Assembly: GCA_963789335.1 (NCBI GenBank)
Contig: CAWBKH010000002.1
Coordinates: 455,703-519,702 of the forward strand
From: an uncultured Verrucomicrobiae bacterium
Lineage (GTDB): Bacteria; Verrucomicrobiota; Verrucomicrobiia; Limisphaerales; UBA11358
Direction: 5' to 3'
DNA: 64,000 nucleotides
Part shown: one piece after another, positions 1-7,646 of the stretch
Position numbering within the stretch: the stretch's first letter is position 1
Layout: each line of letters opens with the position of its first letter
Position numbers and translations under genes: made by a program
Notes under the pieces: model-generated
Databases searched by the model: none
What the model was told of the DNA's origin: nothing
What the model saw: only the letters and a program-made list of their open reading frames with translations

Positions 1-924
1 AATCGTCGCCGCGCCAAGGAAGATTTGCACCACAATCAACCCCAGCCAGAACAAGGCGAGTTTCGCCAGCGAATCTTTTTTACCCAGCCGCCGCCGCGCC
101 CGCCATGCGCTCACTACAACCAAAATGAAAATTCCCAGCGCGACCAGGCGATGTACCATTTGCAGAATGACTTGGAATGCCGTGATTTGGTGAACGGCAT
201 AGATCTGCATCCGATGCTCGTTGTAGCTGGCGATGGCGGCGGGGCTGGTGCTGGGCCAGATTTTTCCATAAGCCAGCGGGAAATCAGGAATGGCGAGCCC
301 CGCATGTGCCTGCCGCATCGTCGCGCCGATGACCAGCTGACACAAAATCAAAATGGTCGTGAAAAAAACCAACCTCCGCAACGGAAGCTCGATCTCCGTC
401 CCGGCATATTGGTCCGTTCCGTTTTCTCGCTGTCGTGCCGCAGGCCGGTTTTCCAATTCCATCCACCAGCAGCTCGTGAACAGCGCAATCGCGCACATCA
501 AAACGAAAAACAGTTGCCCGATAATCGCGTGAAAAATGCCGAGTTGAGCATCAGCCAGGACCACGCGCAGGCCACCGAGAACGCCTTGCGCCACAACCAG
601 GAGAAACGCCGTCACACCCACCCAATGCATCCATTTGCGCGAGTCCTTGAGCCAGAGCCAGACGGCGAGAACGGTCGTCATCAGCCCGACACCGGAGGCA
701 ATCAGCCGGTGCGTGTGTTCATAGAAAATGCCGCCAATCCATTTGGAAGGCGGAAACAAAAACATGTTGTAGCCGTAGCTGTTTGGCCAGTCGGGCACGG
801 ACATTCCGGCGTTATGGCTGGTGACCAAGCCGCCCGCACCGAGCAGTAAAAAGGTGAACACCGCCGTCAACACGGCGAACCAATGCAATGGGCGATTTAT
901 CTTTACAGGCACTTTTTCAGGCAT
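1..924 (-). CDS. ctaA: Haem A synthase, CtaA/COX15 family (N-terminal ~308 aa; gene continues past the left edge)
   Basis: Absent from the ORF track because it has no stop inside the window. Reverse-complement translation from ATG (924-922), in frame to position 1, gives MPEKVPVKINRPLHWFAVLTAVFTFLLLGAGGLVTSHNAGMSVPDWPNSYGYNMF...YEHTHRLIASGVGL...GIFHAIIGQLFF... This is a multi-TM protein with the His-bearing helices typical of COX15/CtaA. The plus-strand ORF 25..849 is its antisense shadow. Confidence 0.8.
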   Translation of the reverse strand, partial: MPEKVPVKINRPLHWFAVLTAVFTFLLLGAGGLVTSHNAGMSVPDWPNSYGYNMFLFPPSKWIGGIFYEHTHRLIASGVGLMTTVLAVWLWLKDSRKWMHWVGVTAFLLVVAQGVLGGLRVVLADAQLGIFHAIIGQLFFVLMCAIALFTSCWWMELENRPAARQRENGTDQYAGTEIELPLRRLVFFTTILILCQLVIGATMRQAHAGLAIPDFPLAYGKIWPSTSPAAIASYNEHRMQIYAVHQITAFQVILQMVHRLVALGIFILVVVSAWRARRRLGKKDSLAKLALFWLGLIVVQIFLGAATI

Positions 925-979
925 TTTGCAAACATGTCAAAACCCCGCTCCATGTGTCGGGGCCACCCTGCTTCCCAAT

Positions 980-1681
980 TTATTTGATTTCAAAAGTAAA
1001 GTTCACTGTCACATTTTTGTCGTCTTTGACCACGACATCTTTGGTCAAAGTGCCCAGCTTGCGGTGCGCCGCGGCGACGGTGTAGGTACCGGGCGGCACG
1101 TTCTTGATGACAAATTTGCCCTCCTGGTCGCTGATACAATAGAAGGGACTGTCAATCACACTCACCCAGGCGAACATCCACGGATGGATGTCGCACTTGA
1201 AAGTGATGAACATTTCCGGCTTAGGGAAGGTCAAGGTCAGGGGCGCGCTGCCGGGTGTTTCCATCTGATTGGATACCGGGTTGCCCGGCACGGTCGGTTC
1301 CACGTCCACATTATGGAGGCACTGGTCTGAATTCTTCACCAGGAGCTTCTGCCCCGTCTGAATCGCGAGGATTTGGGGATGATACAGCCCGCCTTTTTGA
1401 TCGAGCACGGCCGACGGCTGGCTGGGGCCGGTGGATTGGTTGACGTTTTTCAAAAAAACGATCACGTCGCCCAATCCGTGATTCGGCCCCACGACATAAA
1501 AATGCGTCGTGGGGGTGTTGGTGTACATGCTTTTGAACATGGGGTTATCCATGAGCGGCGTGTAAGGCACTTCCGGCGGCGGGGTGCCTTGGAGCGTAAT
1601 GGTGCCAACGATGTCCGCCGCCTGCAACTTGGCCGTGCCCGCAAGCGTCGCAATCAAAAGAACTAACGAGATTTTTTTCAT
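980..1681 (-). CDS. Secreted amicyanin-like type-1 copper (cupredoxin) protein with a C-terminal carboxypeptidase-regulatory-like beta-sandwich, paralog 1
   Basis: ORF 980..1705. ATG at 1681 gives an MKKISLVLL signal peptide matching the paralog start. Ligand pattern CLHNVDV ... FKCDIHPWM (His; Cys-x2-His-x2-Met) matches amicyanin. The tail GKFVIKNVPPGTYTV is typical of CarboxypepD_reg-like folds. Confidence 0.7.
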   Translation of the reverse strand: MKKISLVLLIATLAGTAKLQAADIVGTITLQGTPPPEVPYTPLMDNPMFKSMYTNTPTTHFYVVGPNHGLGDVIVFLKNVNQSTGPSQPSAVLDQKGGLYHPQILAIQTGQKLLVKNSDQCLHNVDVEPTVPGNPVSNQMETPGSAPLTLTFPKPEMFITFKCDIHPWMFAWVSVIDSPFYCISDQEGKFVIKNVPPGTYTVAAAHRKLGTLTKDVVVKDDKNVTVNFTFEIK

Positions 1682-1752
1682 ACTTTTTTGGCTTTTGAAA
1701 CGCAAAAATCAGTCACAGACTAGCAGCCGCATTTGTGGTGGGCAAGTATTTA

Positions 1753-1768
1753 TGTGAAATATTTCACA
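1753..1768. promoter_or_regulatory. Perfect 16-bp palindrome TGTGAAATATTTCACA (TGTGA-N6-TCACA, CRP/FNR-family half-site arrangement)
   Basis: Read directly in the sequence. It lies 72-87 bp upstream of the ATG at 1681 of cupredoxin paralog 1, in the ribH-cupredoxin intergenic region. Confidence 0.35.
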
Positions 1769-1841
1769 AGCGCTCATTTCATTTATTCAGTTAGCTTTTG
1801 ATGCTGCAGGAAACAGCGGCGTTCAAATCCGACTTCGACGT

Positions 1842-2327
1842 TCAACCGTGCATACCTTTCATCACGCGCGCCATCGCCAAGGCTGTTTGGGCCGCCTCGC
1901 CTCCCCGATTGTGTGTTTGGCCGAGGCAGCGAGCGCGCGCCTGCGCCTCATCTTCCAAAAGCAGCACTTCGTGAATGACGGGCATTTCGTGCGCGAGCTG
2001 GATTTCCATGAGCGCGCGGCTGACCGATTCGCCGATGTGCGCCGCGTGAACTGTTTCACCGCGCAAAATCACGCCGAGACAGATGATTGCTGAAAGCGCG
2101 CCTTGAGATTTCGAGCGCGAGGCGCGAGCCAGACATTTGGCCGCAAGCGGAATTTCATACGCACCGGGCACGCGGACGATTTGGATTTTCGAAACGTTGG
2201 CGCGCCGCAACTCCGCTTTGGCCGCCCGCAACATGGCGTCCACATACCGCGCGTTGTAGCGCGACGCCACGATGGCGAAGGTTCCGCCGGATAATTGAAT
2301 TTTCTTTTGCTGGATCTCGCGAAGCAT
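1842..2327 (-). CDS. ribH: 6,7-dimethyl-8-ribityllumazine synthase
   Basis: 161-aa ORF. FAIVASRYNARYVDAMLRAA...VRVPGAYEIPLAAK...AIICLGVILRGETVHAAHIG is the classic RibH core. Confidence 0.9.
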   Translation of the reverse strand: MLREIQQKKIQLSGGTFAIVASRYNARYVDAMLRAAKAELRRANVSKIQIVRVPGAYEIPLAAKCLARASRSKSQGALSAIICLGVILRGETVHAAHIGESVSRALMEIQLAHEMPVIHEVLLLEDEAQARARCLGQTHNRGGEAAQTALAMARVMKGMHG

Positions 2328-2409
2328 CGCGGAGATTTAATCATGAATCCACACGGAGGGGCACGAATAATTTTGAATTTGCCAACCTTGGGCGGCCCCG
2401 ACTCGAAAT

Positions 2410-3111
2410 TTATTTGACTTTAAACGTGAAATTTTGAGTCACGTCGCTGTCCTTGACCTCGACCTCGGCGGTCTGCATGCCCAGTTTGCGATGGTCGGCT
2501 TCGACGGAGTACTTTCCCGGCGGCACGTTCTTGATGACAAATTTGCCTTCCTTGTCACTGATGGCGTAGTACGGGCTGTCAAACACGCTAACCCAGGCAA
2601 ACATCCACGGATGCACATCGCACTTGAAGGTGATGAACATTTCCGGTTCCGGGAAGGCGAAGGTCAGGTCCGGACTGCCGGGCGTTTGCATCTGATTGGA
2701 TTTGGGATTGCCCGGCACGCTTGGTTGCACATCCACATTATGGATACACTTGTCAGAGTTCTTCACCAAAAGTTTCTGGCCCGTCTGAATCGCCAGAATC
2801 TGCGGCTGGTACAGGCAGCCTTTTTGATCGAGCACCACGGGCAGCTGGCTGGCACCGGTGGATTGGCCGGTGACGTTTTTCAGAAAGACCACCACGTCGC
2901 CCAAGCCATGATTTGGCCCGACGACATAGAAATGCGTTGTGGGCGTACTGGTGTACATTGCCGCGCATTCCGAGTTTTGCATCAGCGGCGTGTACGGCAC
3001 TTCCGGCGGCGGCGTGCCTTGGAGAGTAATGGTGCCGACAATGTCCGCCGCGGAAGCCATTTGCCATCCGCCAAGAAGTCCGAGTGCCAGCCAGGTAATG
3101 ATTTTTTTCAT
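2410..3111 (-). CDS. Secreted amicyanin-like cupredoxin with carboxypeptidase-regulatory-like C-terminal domain, paralog 2
   Basis: 233-aa ORF with an MKKIITWLALGLLGG signal peptide. Motifs CIHNVDV ... FKCDVHPWM and the tail GKFVIKNVPPGKYSV. The mature N-terminus ADIVGTITLQGTPPPEVPYTPLM is identical to paralog 1. Confidence 0.7.
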   Translation of the reverse strand: MKKIITWLALGLLGGWQMASAADIVGTITLQGTPPPEVPYTPLMQNSECAAMYTSTPTTHFYVVGPNHGLGDVVVFLKNVTGQSTGASQLPVVLDQKGCLYQPQILAIQTGQKLLVKNSDKCIHNVDVQPSVPGNPKSNQMQTPGSPDLTFAFPEPEMFITFKCDVHPWMFAWVSVFDSPYYAISDKEGKFVIKNVPPGKYSVEADHRKLGMQTAEVEVKDSDVTQNFTFKVK

Positions 3112-3123
3112 GATTCAGAAATT

Positions 3124-3963
3124 TTACTCAAAGGGATTATTGGGTGCGGGCGTTGTGACTGGTGGAGGCGTGTGTGCACGGAGAGTCGCCACTTCTTGAG
3201 GTGTCACCTCAAGCCCGGAGTTTCCGAACGAATTATAAACGTAGGTCAGAACATTCGCGATATCTTCGTCGGTGAGCGGGAGCGCAGGCATGGTGTTGTT
3301 GAACTTCTGTCCGTTCACGACCACGTCTCCATGCCGGCCGAAGATTACAGTTTGAATCGCCCGGTCCTTGTCGGCATTCAGGTAATCCGATCCCGCCAAG
3401 GGTGGAAACACATTCGGCAGTCCCCGCCCCGTGGGTTGATGGCAAGCCGCGCAAATGGTCGTAAAGATGTGCCTGCCCAGATCAATCCGTTCAGCCTTCG
3501 TGTTGGCGAGAACGGGCGGCGGCGCCACTCCGCGAGGCGCCCCGTCGTCCACCCATTTCAGAATCGTCAACCTGTCCTCTTCGGTCATTGACTCCGCTTC
3601 GGGGCTGTTGGCAACCGGCATTGACTCCTTGTAATACGTTCCTTTCCAACTGTTCCAAATCCGCCGTCTCAACTCCCAGCGATCGGCGTAGGCGGTTTTG
3701 TAGTCCAGCCAGTCGTAAATGAACCGGTCCTGCTCGTTATGACATCGGGCGCATTCGCCCATGAAGATGGGCCGAATGTCGCGGAGGTAAGTCGGCGTTT
3801 GGTTTGTTGATGTGGAAGACACGGTTCCGCTGTCGCCTGGTAATATCGGCGCGCTCTGCGCCAAAGTTTTGGCAAATAGCAGGCACCCGACGATGAACGC
3901 CGTTACAGACGGCCAAGTCCGTCGCACCCGCCCCCGTCTATTTGGAATTGGAAATGTATGCAT
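3124..3963 (-). CDS. Dihaem c-type cytochrome (C-terminal class I cytochrome c domain)
   Basis: Two CXXCH motifs (CARCH and CAACH) and an N-terminal hydrophobic signal. The C-terminal domain CAACHQPTGRGLPNVFPPLAGSDYL...NNTMP is typical of class I cytochrome c. Confidence 0.8.
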   Translation of the reverse strand: MHTFPIPNRRGRVRRTWPSVTAFIVGCLLFAKTLAQSAPILPGDSGTVSSTSTNQTPTYLRDIRPIFMGECARCHNEQDRFIYDWLDYKTAYADRWELRRRIWNSWKGTYYKESMPVANSPEAESMTEEDRLTILKWVDDGAPRGVAPPPVLANTKAERIDLGRHIFTTICAACHQPTGRGLPNVFPPLAGSDYLNADKDRAIQTVIFGRHGDVVVNGQKFNNTMPALPLTDEDIANVLTYVYNSFGNSGLEVTPQEVATLRAHTPPPVTTPAPNNPFE

Positions 3964-4009
3964 GACTGCTGCTAGTTTGTATTATTAATCGCATTTTGCA
4001 TCGCTGGTT

Positions 4010-5413
4010 TTAAAATCCCAAGGAAAGCTGTAGTAACAGTTGGTCAGCTTGGGACGGGTCGTTGCTGTTAACAAACTCATAGTCGCCTTCGAAGAGCAGT
4101 GTGTTTGTGATATAGTAGATAAAACCCGTGGTGTAACGCTGAGTGTTGAAAAATCCATTGTAATCTGAGTTGTAAGCGCCGTGGAGGGAGTCATAGCGTC
4201 CCACAAGCTCCACGTTGTTGATCATCGGGAACTGCAGATTCAATCCCGCCAGGCGGTAGCCAGCCTGCACCCACCATCCTTGTTGATCAACCATACCTTG
4301 GTTATCGCTTCCATAGCGGGTCATGATGTACTCGCCAGTCGTCTCAAAATAAGGCCCCAAGTGCACGGCCGCGTCGAGCACCCCGGCCGACCAGAGATGA
4401 TTCCCCGCGTCATCCCATTCACCCGATTGCCCGGAGATTCCCAGTTCCAGATCGTAACGCGGTTTGTATGGGAAAGGTATAAACACCCCCAGCCGCGCGC
4501 CACCGGACGGATGGCCGTGCAGATTCGCCACCGTGTTGTCAGATTGGAGACCGACGTTTCCACCCAAATCAAGCGAGCCGGCATCTGCCGTCGAGTCTGA
4601 CGAACTTGGACCGTTCACTCCATAGACCTGATAACTGATGGACCCGCCGGTGGCTCCAATTGGAAGCGCTCCCTGCAACCCAGCTCCCACGCCGGCGCCG
4701 GGAATAAGACTTACCGCCAGCGGATCATCGGGAAATTTGTTCAGCCACCCCGCGCTCCGCAAGCTGTAGGTTCCGAGCGGCAACAGCAGGTCGCCGGATA
4801 CAAAGGTCATGTAATCATTCATCACGTAATCCAACTGCGCGAAACTCAAATCAAAACTAGTGGTGGAACCGCTGTCATGGCTGACGTTCGGGTTGCTCGG
4901 CGTCGGCGCCGAGCCATTTTGCAACGTGGTATCAAAGCCCGACTCAAACAGAATGTTGTCCCCGGCGCGGTAGAGGAAAATGGGAGCGAAATCGGCCAGC
5001 AAAAACGCCCCGTGTTGTCCTGCAGTCTTCACGTACTGTGTTTCCGCATCGCCCAAAATCATGAAGTTGTGATTAACCGTGGCCTCGTCAATGGGCTGTC
5101 TCGGAATCGGTTGCGTCTGCGCCGCCTCGATGACCTTCTGTTCGGTGTTGGTTGCCATTTGCTGGGTTGCGGTCAGCTTCTTCTGAAGCTGCCGGATTTG
5201 TTCCAGGTCCTGTTCATGGATTTGCGCCGCGATGGCATTGGTCTGCTCCAATCCGTGAACCTCTCCGCTTAGCTTCTGCACCGTCTCCTTCAGGGCGTTG
5301 AAGTCTGCGTCACTCACCTCGGCTGTCGCGCGTGGTGGCAGTGACATCCCCATGGCGCAGCCGGCGGCCGCCAGTCCAAACAACAAACGGCGTGTGTGTA
5401 TTGTCTTTTTCAT
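4010..5413 (-). CDS. Outer-membrane beta-barrel porin with N-terminal coiled coil (OprO/P-like by appearance)
   Basis: Signal peptide, then a ~70-aa heptad-like segment (DADFNALKETVQKLSGEVHGLEQ...). This is followed by G/Y/S/D-rich alternating strands and an aromatic C-terminus ...LLLQLSLGF. Confidence 0.7.
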   Translation of the reverse strand: MKKTIHTRRLLFGLAAAGCAMGMSLPPRATAEVSDADFNALKETVQKLSGEVHGLEQTNAIAAQIHEQDLEQIRQLQKKLTATQQMATNTEQKVIEAAQTQPIPRQPIDEATVNHNFMILGDAETQYVKTAGQHGAFLLADFAPIFLYRAGDNILFESGFDTTLQNGSAPTPSNPNVSHDSGSTTSFDLSFAQLDYVMNDYMTFVSGDLLLPLGTYSLRSAGWLNKFPDDPLAVSLIPGAGVGAGLQGALPIGATGGSISYQVYGVNGPSSSDSTADAGSLDLGGNVGLQSDNTVANLHGHPSGGARLGVFIPFPYKPRYDLELGISGQSGEWDDAGNHLWSAGVLDAAVHLGPYFETTGEYIMTRYGSDNQGMVDQQGWWVQAGYRLAGLNLQFPMINNVELVGRYDSLHGAYNSDYNGFFNTQRYTTGFIYYITNTLLFEGDYEFVNSNDPSQADQLLLQLSLGF

Positions 5414-5441
5414 TCGTGATTCAAGTGATTAAACAGGCGGC

Positions 5442-5819
5442 TCAACGGCCGCTGTTTTCCTGGAGAAATTGCAGAATCAGCTTTGCCTGGCCAACAGGGA
5501 TGTTCGCGCGCACCTGCATGTGGAGCATGATGGTTTTCCATTGCGCCCCGGTCCGCTCGGTGGGATAGCGCTGCTGATGGCATCGGTTGCAGTTGATCTC
5601 GTAAAGCTCCGCGCCGGTGAGTTGCTTTTTAAGAACGGGCTGTTGTGGCTCCGGCGCTTTGGCTTTCAATGGGACGGAATTGGTTTGTGACGACGAGGAA
5701 TCCGCTTTGGGCGGCTGGGCTTGGACCAAAGTCAGACCCAAACCAACCAGACACGCGCCAACCAGTGCCGATGTGCTCCACCAAATCATCGTTCGCTTTT
5801 TCATAAGTGTTGAGTGCAT
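5442..5819 (-). CDS. Small secreted monohaem c-type cytochrome
   Basis: 125-aa ORF with a signal/anchor (MIWWSTSALVGACLVGLGLTLVQA), a low-complexity linker, a single CNRCH motif and a downstream IMLHM (candidate axial Met). It lies 28 bp upstream of the porin gene. Confidence 0.7.
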   Translation of the reverse strand: MHSTLMKKRTMIWWSTSALVGACLVGLGLTLVQAQPPKADSSSSQTNSVPLKAKAPEPQQPVLKKQLTGAELYEINCNRCHQQRYPTERTGAQWKTIMLHMQVRANIPVGQAKLILQFLQENSGR

Positions 5820-5880
5820 CGTTTATAATTCCGTTATCTTCGTTACAAGGATTCCCTGCCCCCGCTAGGATGACTTCACC

Positions 5881-5960
5881 GATTTTGGTATTCAAGAGAC
5901 AAATTTTGCTTTAGTATATCTTTATAATTATATTATATTAATTAGCTTACTTTACAATAG
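5881..5960 (-). promoter_or_regulatory. Extremely AT-rich stretch upstream of the cytochrome/porin operon (candidate promoter/UP region)
   Basis: gattttggtattcaagagacaaattttgctttagtatatctttataattatattatattaattagcttactttacaatag lies in an otherwise GC-rich context. The minus-strand reading contains TTGTAA and TATAAT-like hexamers. Position is 62-141 bp upstream of the start at 5819. Confidence 0.3.
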
Positions 5961-6093
5961 ACACGGACGCCGGCGGATAATGAAACTGAAGCGGGTTGAA
6001 TTTTGATCGGGGAATTGGCCGGCCACTCTCGCCTGACAAGCCGAACGCGAGGGATCAGCCGGTTACGAATCTGAAAATTGAAACGCCCGGCTA

Positions 6094-7434
6094 TTACTTG
6101 GAACCGTCCACGGGCTTCCAGTTGCCATCGTAGGTGGCAACCACCACAACATCGTCGCCCAAGCCGCTCGGCGCTTCATCTGTCGCGACTGGCGAACCGT
6201 TGGGTAAAGGGGCTTCCATCGGCGCGGGTCTGGAGACGGGTGTATTTGCCACCGGAGCCGAATCCGACGTGGACGGTTTTGCCACGCCTTCAGCCGGCTT
6301 TTTTCTGATCAAAACCGTTTCTTCGTCACAGACGCGGGCAGCTTCCATGAGCAGGAATTCCCAACGGTCTTGGACGGTGCGCTGCGGCGGCGCCTTGAAA
6401 GGTTTCAGTTGAAACTCGCCGCCTCTGAGGGAAAGTAACCGGTAAAAAGCCTGCTCACCGACCAGCATTCCGACTGCCGCATGAGTGACCGCACCAGCCT
6501 CGATAAAAATCCGGCCGCGCAACTGCCGGTTGCGGATTTCAAGGATTGAGGAATGGCGTCCGATGCATTCCATCTGGATGACTTCCTGCAGGCCGACCTG
6601 CCGCAGCGCGCCGCTGAAACCTTCACGATGCTCCCACGACATCAGGTCGCTCAACAGATTGAAGACCACCCTGATTCCGTCCGGGGAAACCGGTTTCTCG
6701 ATAAACAGTTCGGCCCCATTGGAAAGGCTGGCCGCGCGATTGCTTTCCGTGGCGCTGCCTGTCATGACGGCGATTTTGAGTCCGGGATAACGCTGATTGA
6801 TGATTCCGAGCAGTTGAATGCCATCCACCACCGGTATCCCGATATCCACCACGACGAGGTCAATCGGATTTTCGTGCAAAACGGCCAGCGCCCGATCGGC
6901 AGTCATGGCGCAATAAATTTCCCACGCATTATTGGCGAAGACGGTACACAGCCGGCTGAAGGTTTCGAGAAAAGCCATGCTGTCATCCACGAAAAGCACG
7001 TGAGGTTTTTTTGCGGCTTCGCCGTCGGTCTCAGTCTTGGTGAGCGGAACTGATTTTTGGGACGGAAACGGAGCCATCGCCGCGGCGGCATCTCTGGACG
7101 CGGTTGGTGCTTTGGTCTTGGTCGGTCTGAATTGGAAAGCTGGGGTCGCGGCAAAATCCAGCCGCAATTCCACATTGCCGATGCGCAACGTCTGTCCCGC
7201 TTTCAGCACTCCCTCAGTAATTTTCCTGTCCTGGACAAACGTGCCGTTGGTGGAAAGCAGATCGCGGACGACGAGTTCATCGCCCTGCAACCGCACTTCA
7301 CAATGCCTGCCCGAAACCGATGATTCGACGATTTGGAACGTGTTGCCATCCGCACGCCCAATCGTAACCCAGTTGCCGCTTAATCCCTGTGACAAGCCAG
7401 CCAACACCTCTGTAACGACAACAAGTTTGGCCAT
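6094..7434 (-). CDS. FHA domain - response-regulator receiver - DUF4388 (PATAN-like) protein
   Basis: FHA: WVTIGRADGNTFQIVESSVSGRHCEVRLQGDELVVRDLLSTNGTFV. Receiver: HVLFVDDSMAFLETF...DLVVVDIGIPVVDG. DUF4388-like: FSGALRQVGLQEVIQMECIGRHSSILEI. Confidence 0.8.
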   Translation of the reverse strand: MAKLVVVTEVLAGLSQGLSGNWVTIGRADGNTFQIVESSVSGRHCEVRLQGDELVVRDLLSTNGTFVQDRKITEGVLKAGQTLRIGNVELRLDFAATPAFQFRPTKTKAPTASRDAAAAMAPFPSQKSVPLTKTETDGEAAKKPHVLFVDDSMAFLETFSRLCTVFANNAWEIYCAMTADRALAVLHENPIDLVVVDIGIPVVDGIQLLGIINQRYPGLKIAVMTGSATESNRAASLSNGAELFIEKPVSPDGIRVVFNLLSDLMSWEHREGFSGALRQVGLQEVIQMECIGRHSSILEIRNRQLRGRIFIEAGAVTHAAVGMLVGEQAFYRLLSLRGGEFQLKPFKAPPQRTVQDRWEFLLMEAARVCDEETVLIRKKPAEGVAKPSTSDSAPVANTPVSRPAPMEAPLPNGSPVATDEAPSGLGDDVVVVATYDGNWKPVDGSK

Positions 7435-7646
7435 AGCGCTTACAAATTAATCCGCAGTTGAACTATAAGTTTTGTGTGGGCTAACGGATAAGCCAGATTC
7501 AGCAAGTAACGATGCCAAACGTGCTCGTCGCTGACCCGAGCCGATTCGGGTTTCGACGAGTTGAGGCACGACGAAGGTAATTGGCCATTTGCGATCCACA
7601 GTTTGCAAGTGTAACAGCAACCAGCGCGCCAATCGTAAACCGCAAA

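Noticed and set aside
25-849. 274-aa plus-strand ORF at the left edge
   Set aside because: Its translation is low-complexity and rich in Q/R/P/H, with no recognisable motif. The opposite strand encodes a convincing multi-TM CtaA/COX15 protein in frame from 924 to 1. This ORF is an antisense shadow typical of GC-rich DNA.
2434-3591. 385-aa plus-strand ORF
   Set aside because: It spans the antisense of two well-supported minus-strand genes (cupredoxin 2 and the dihaem cytochrome) and crosses their intergenic gap. Its composition is R/H/G-rich and shows no domain signature.
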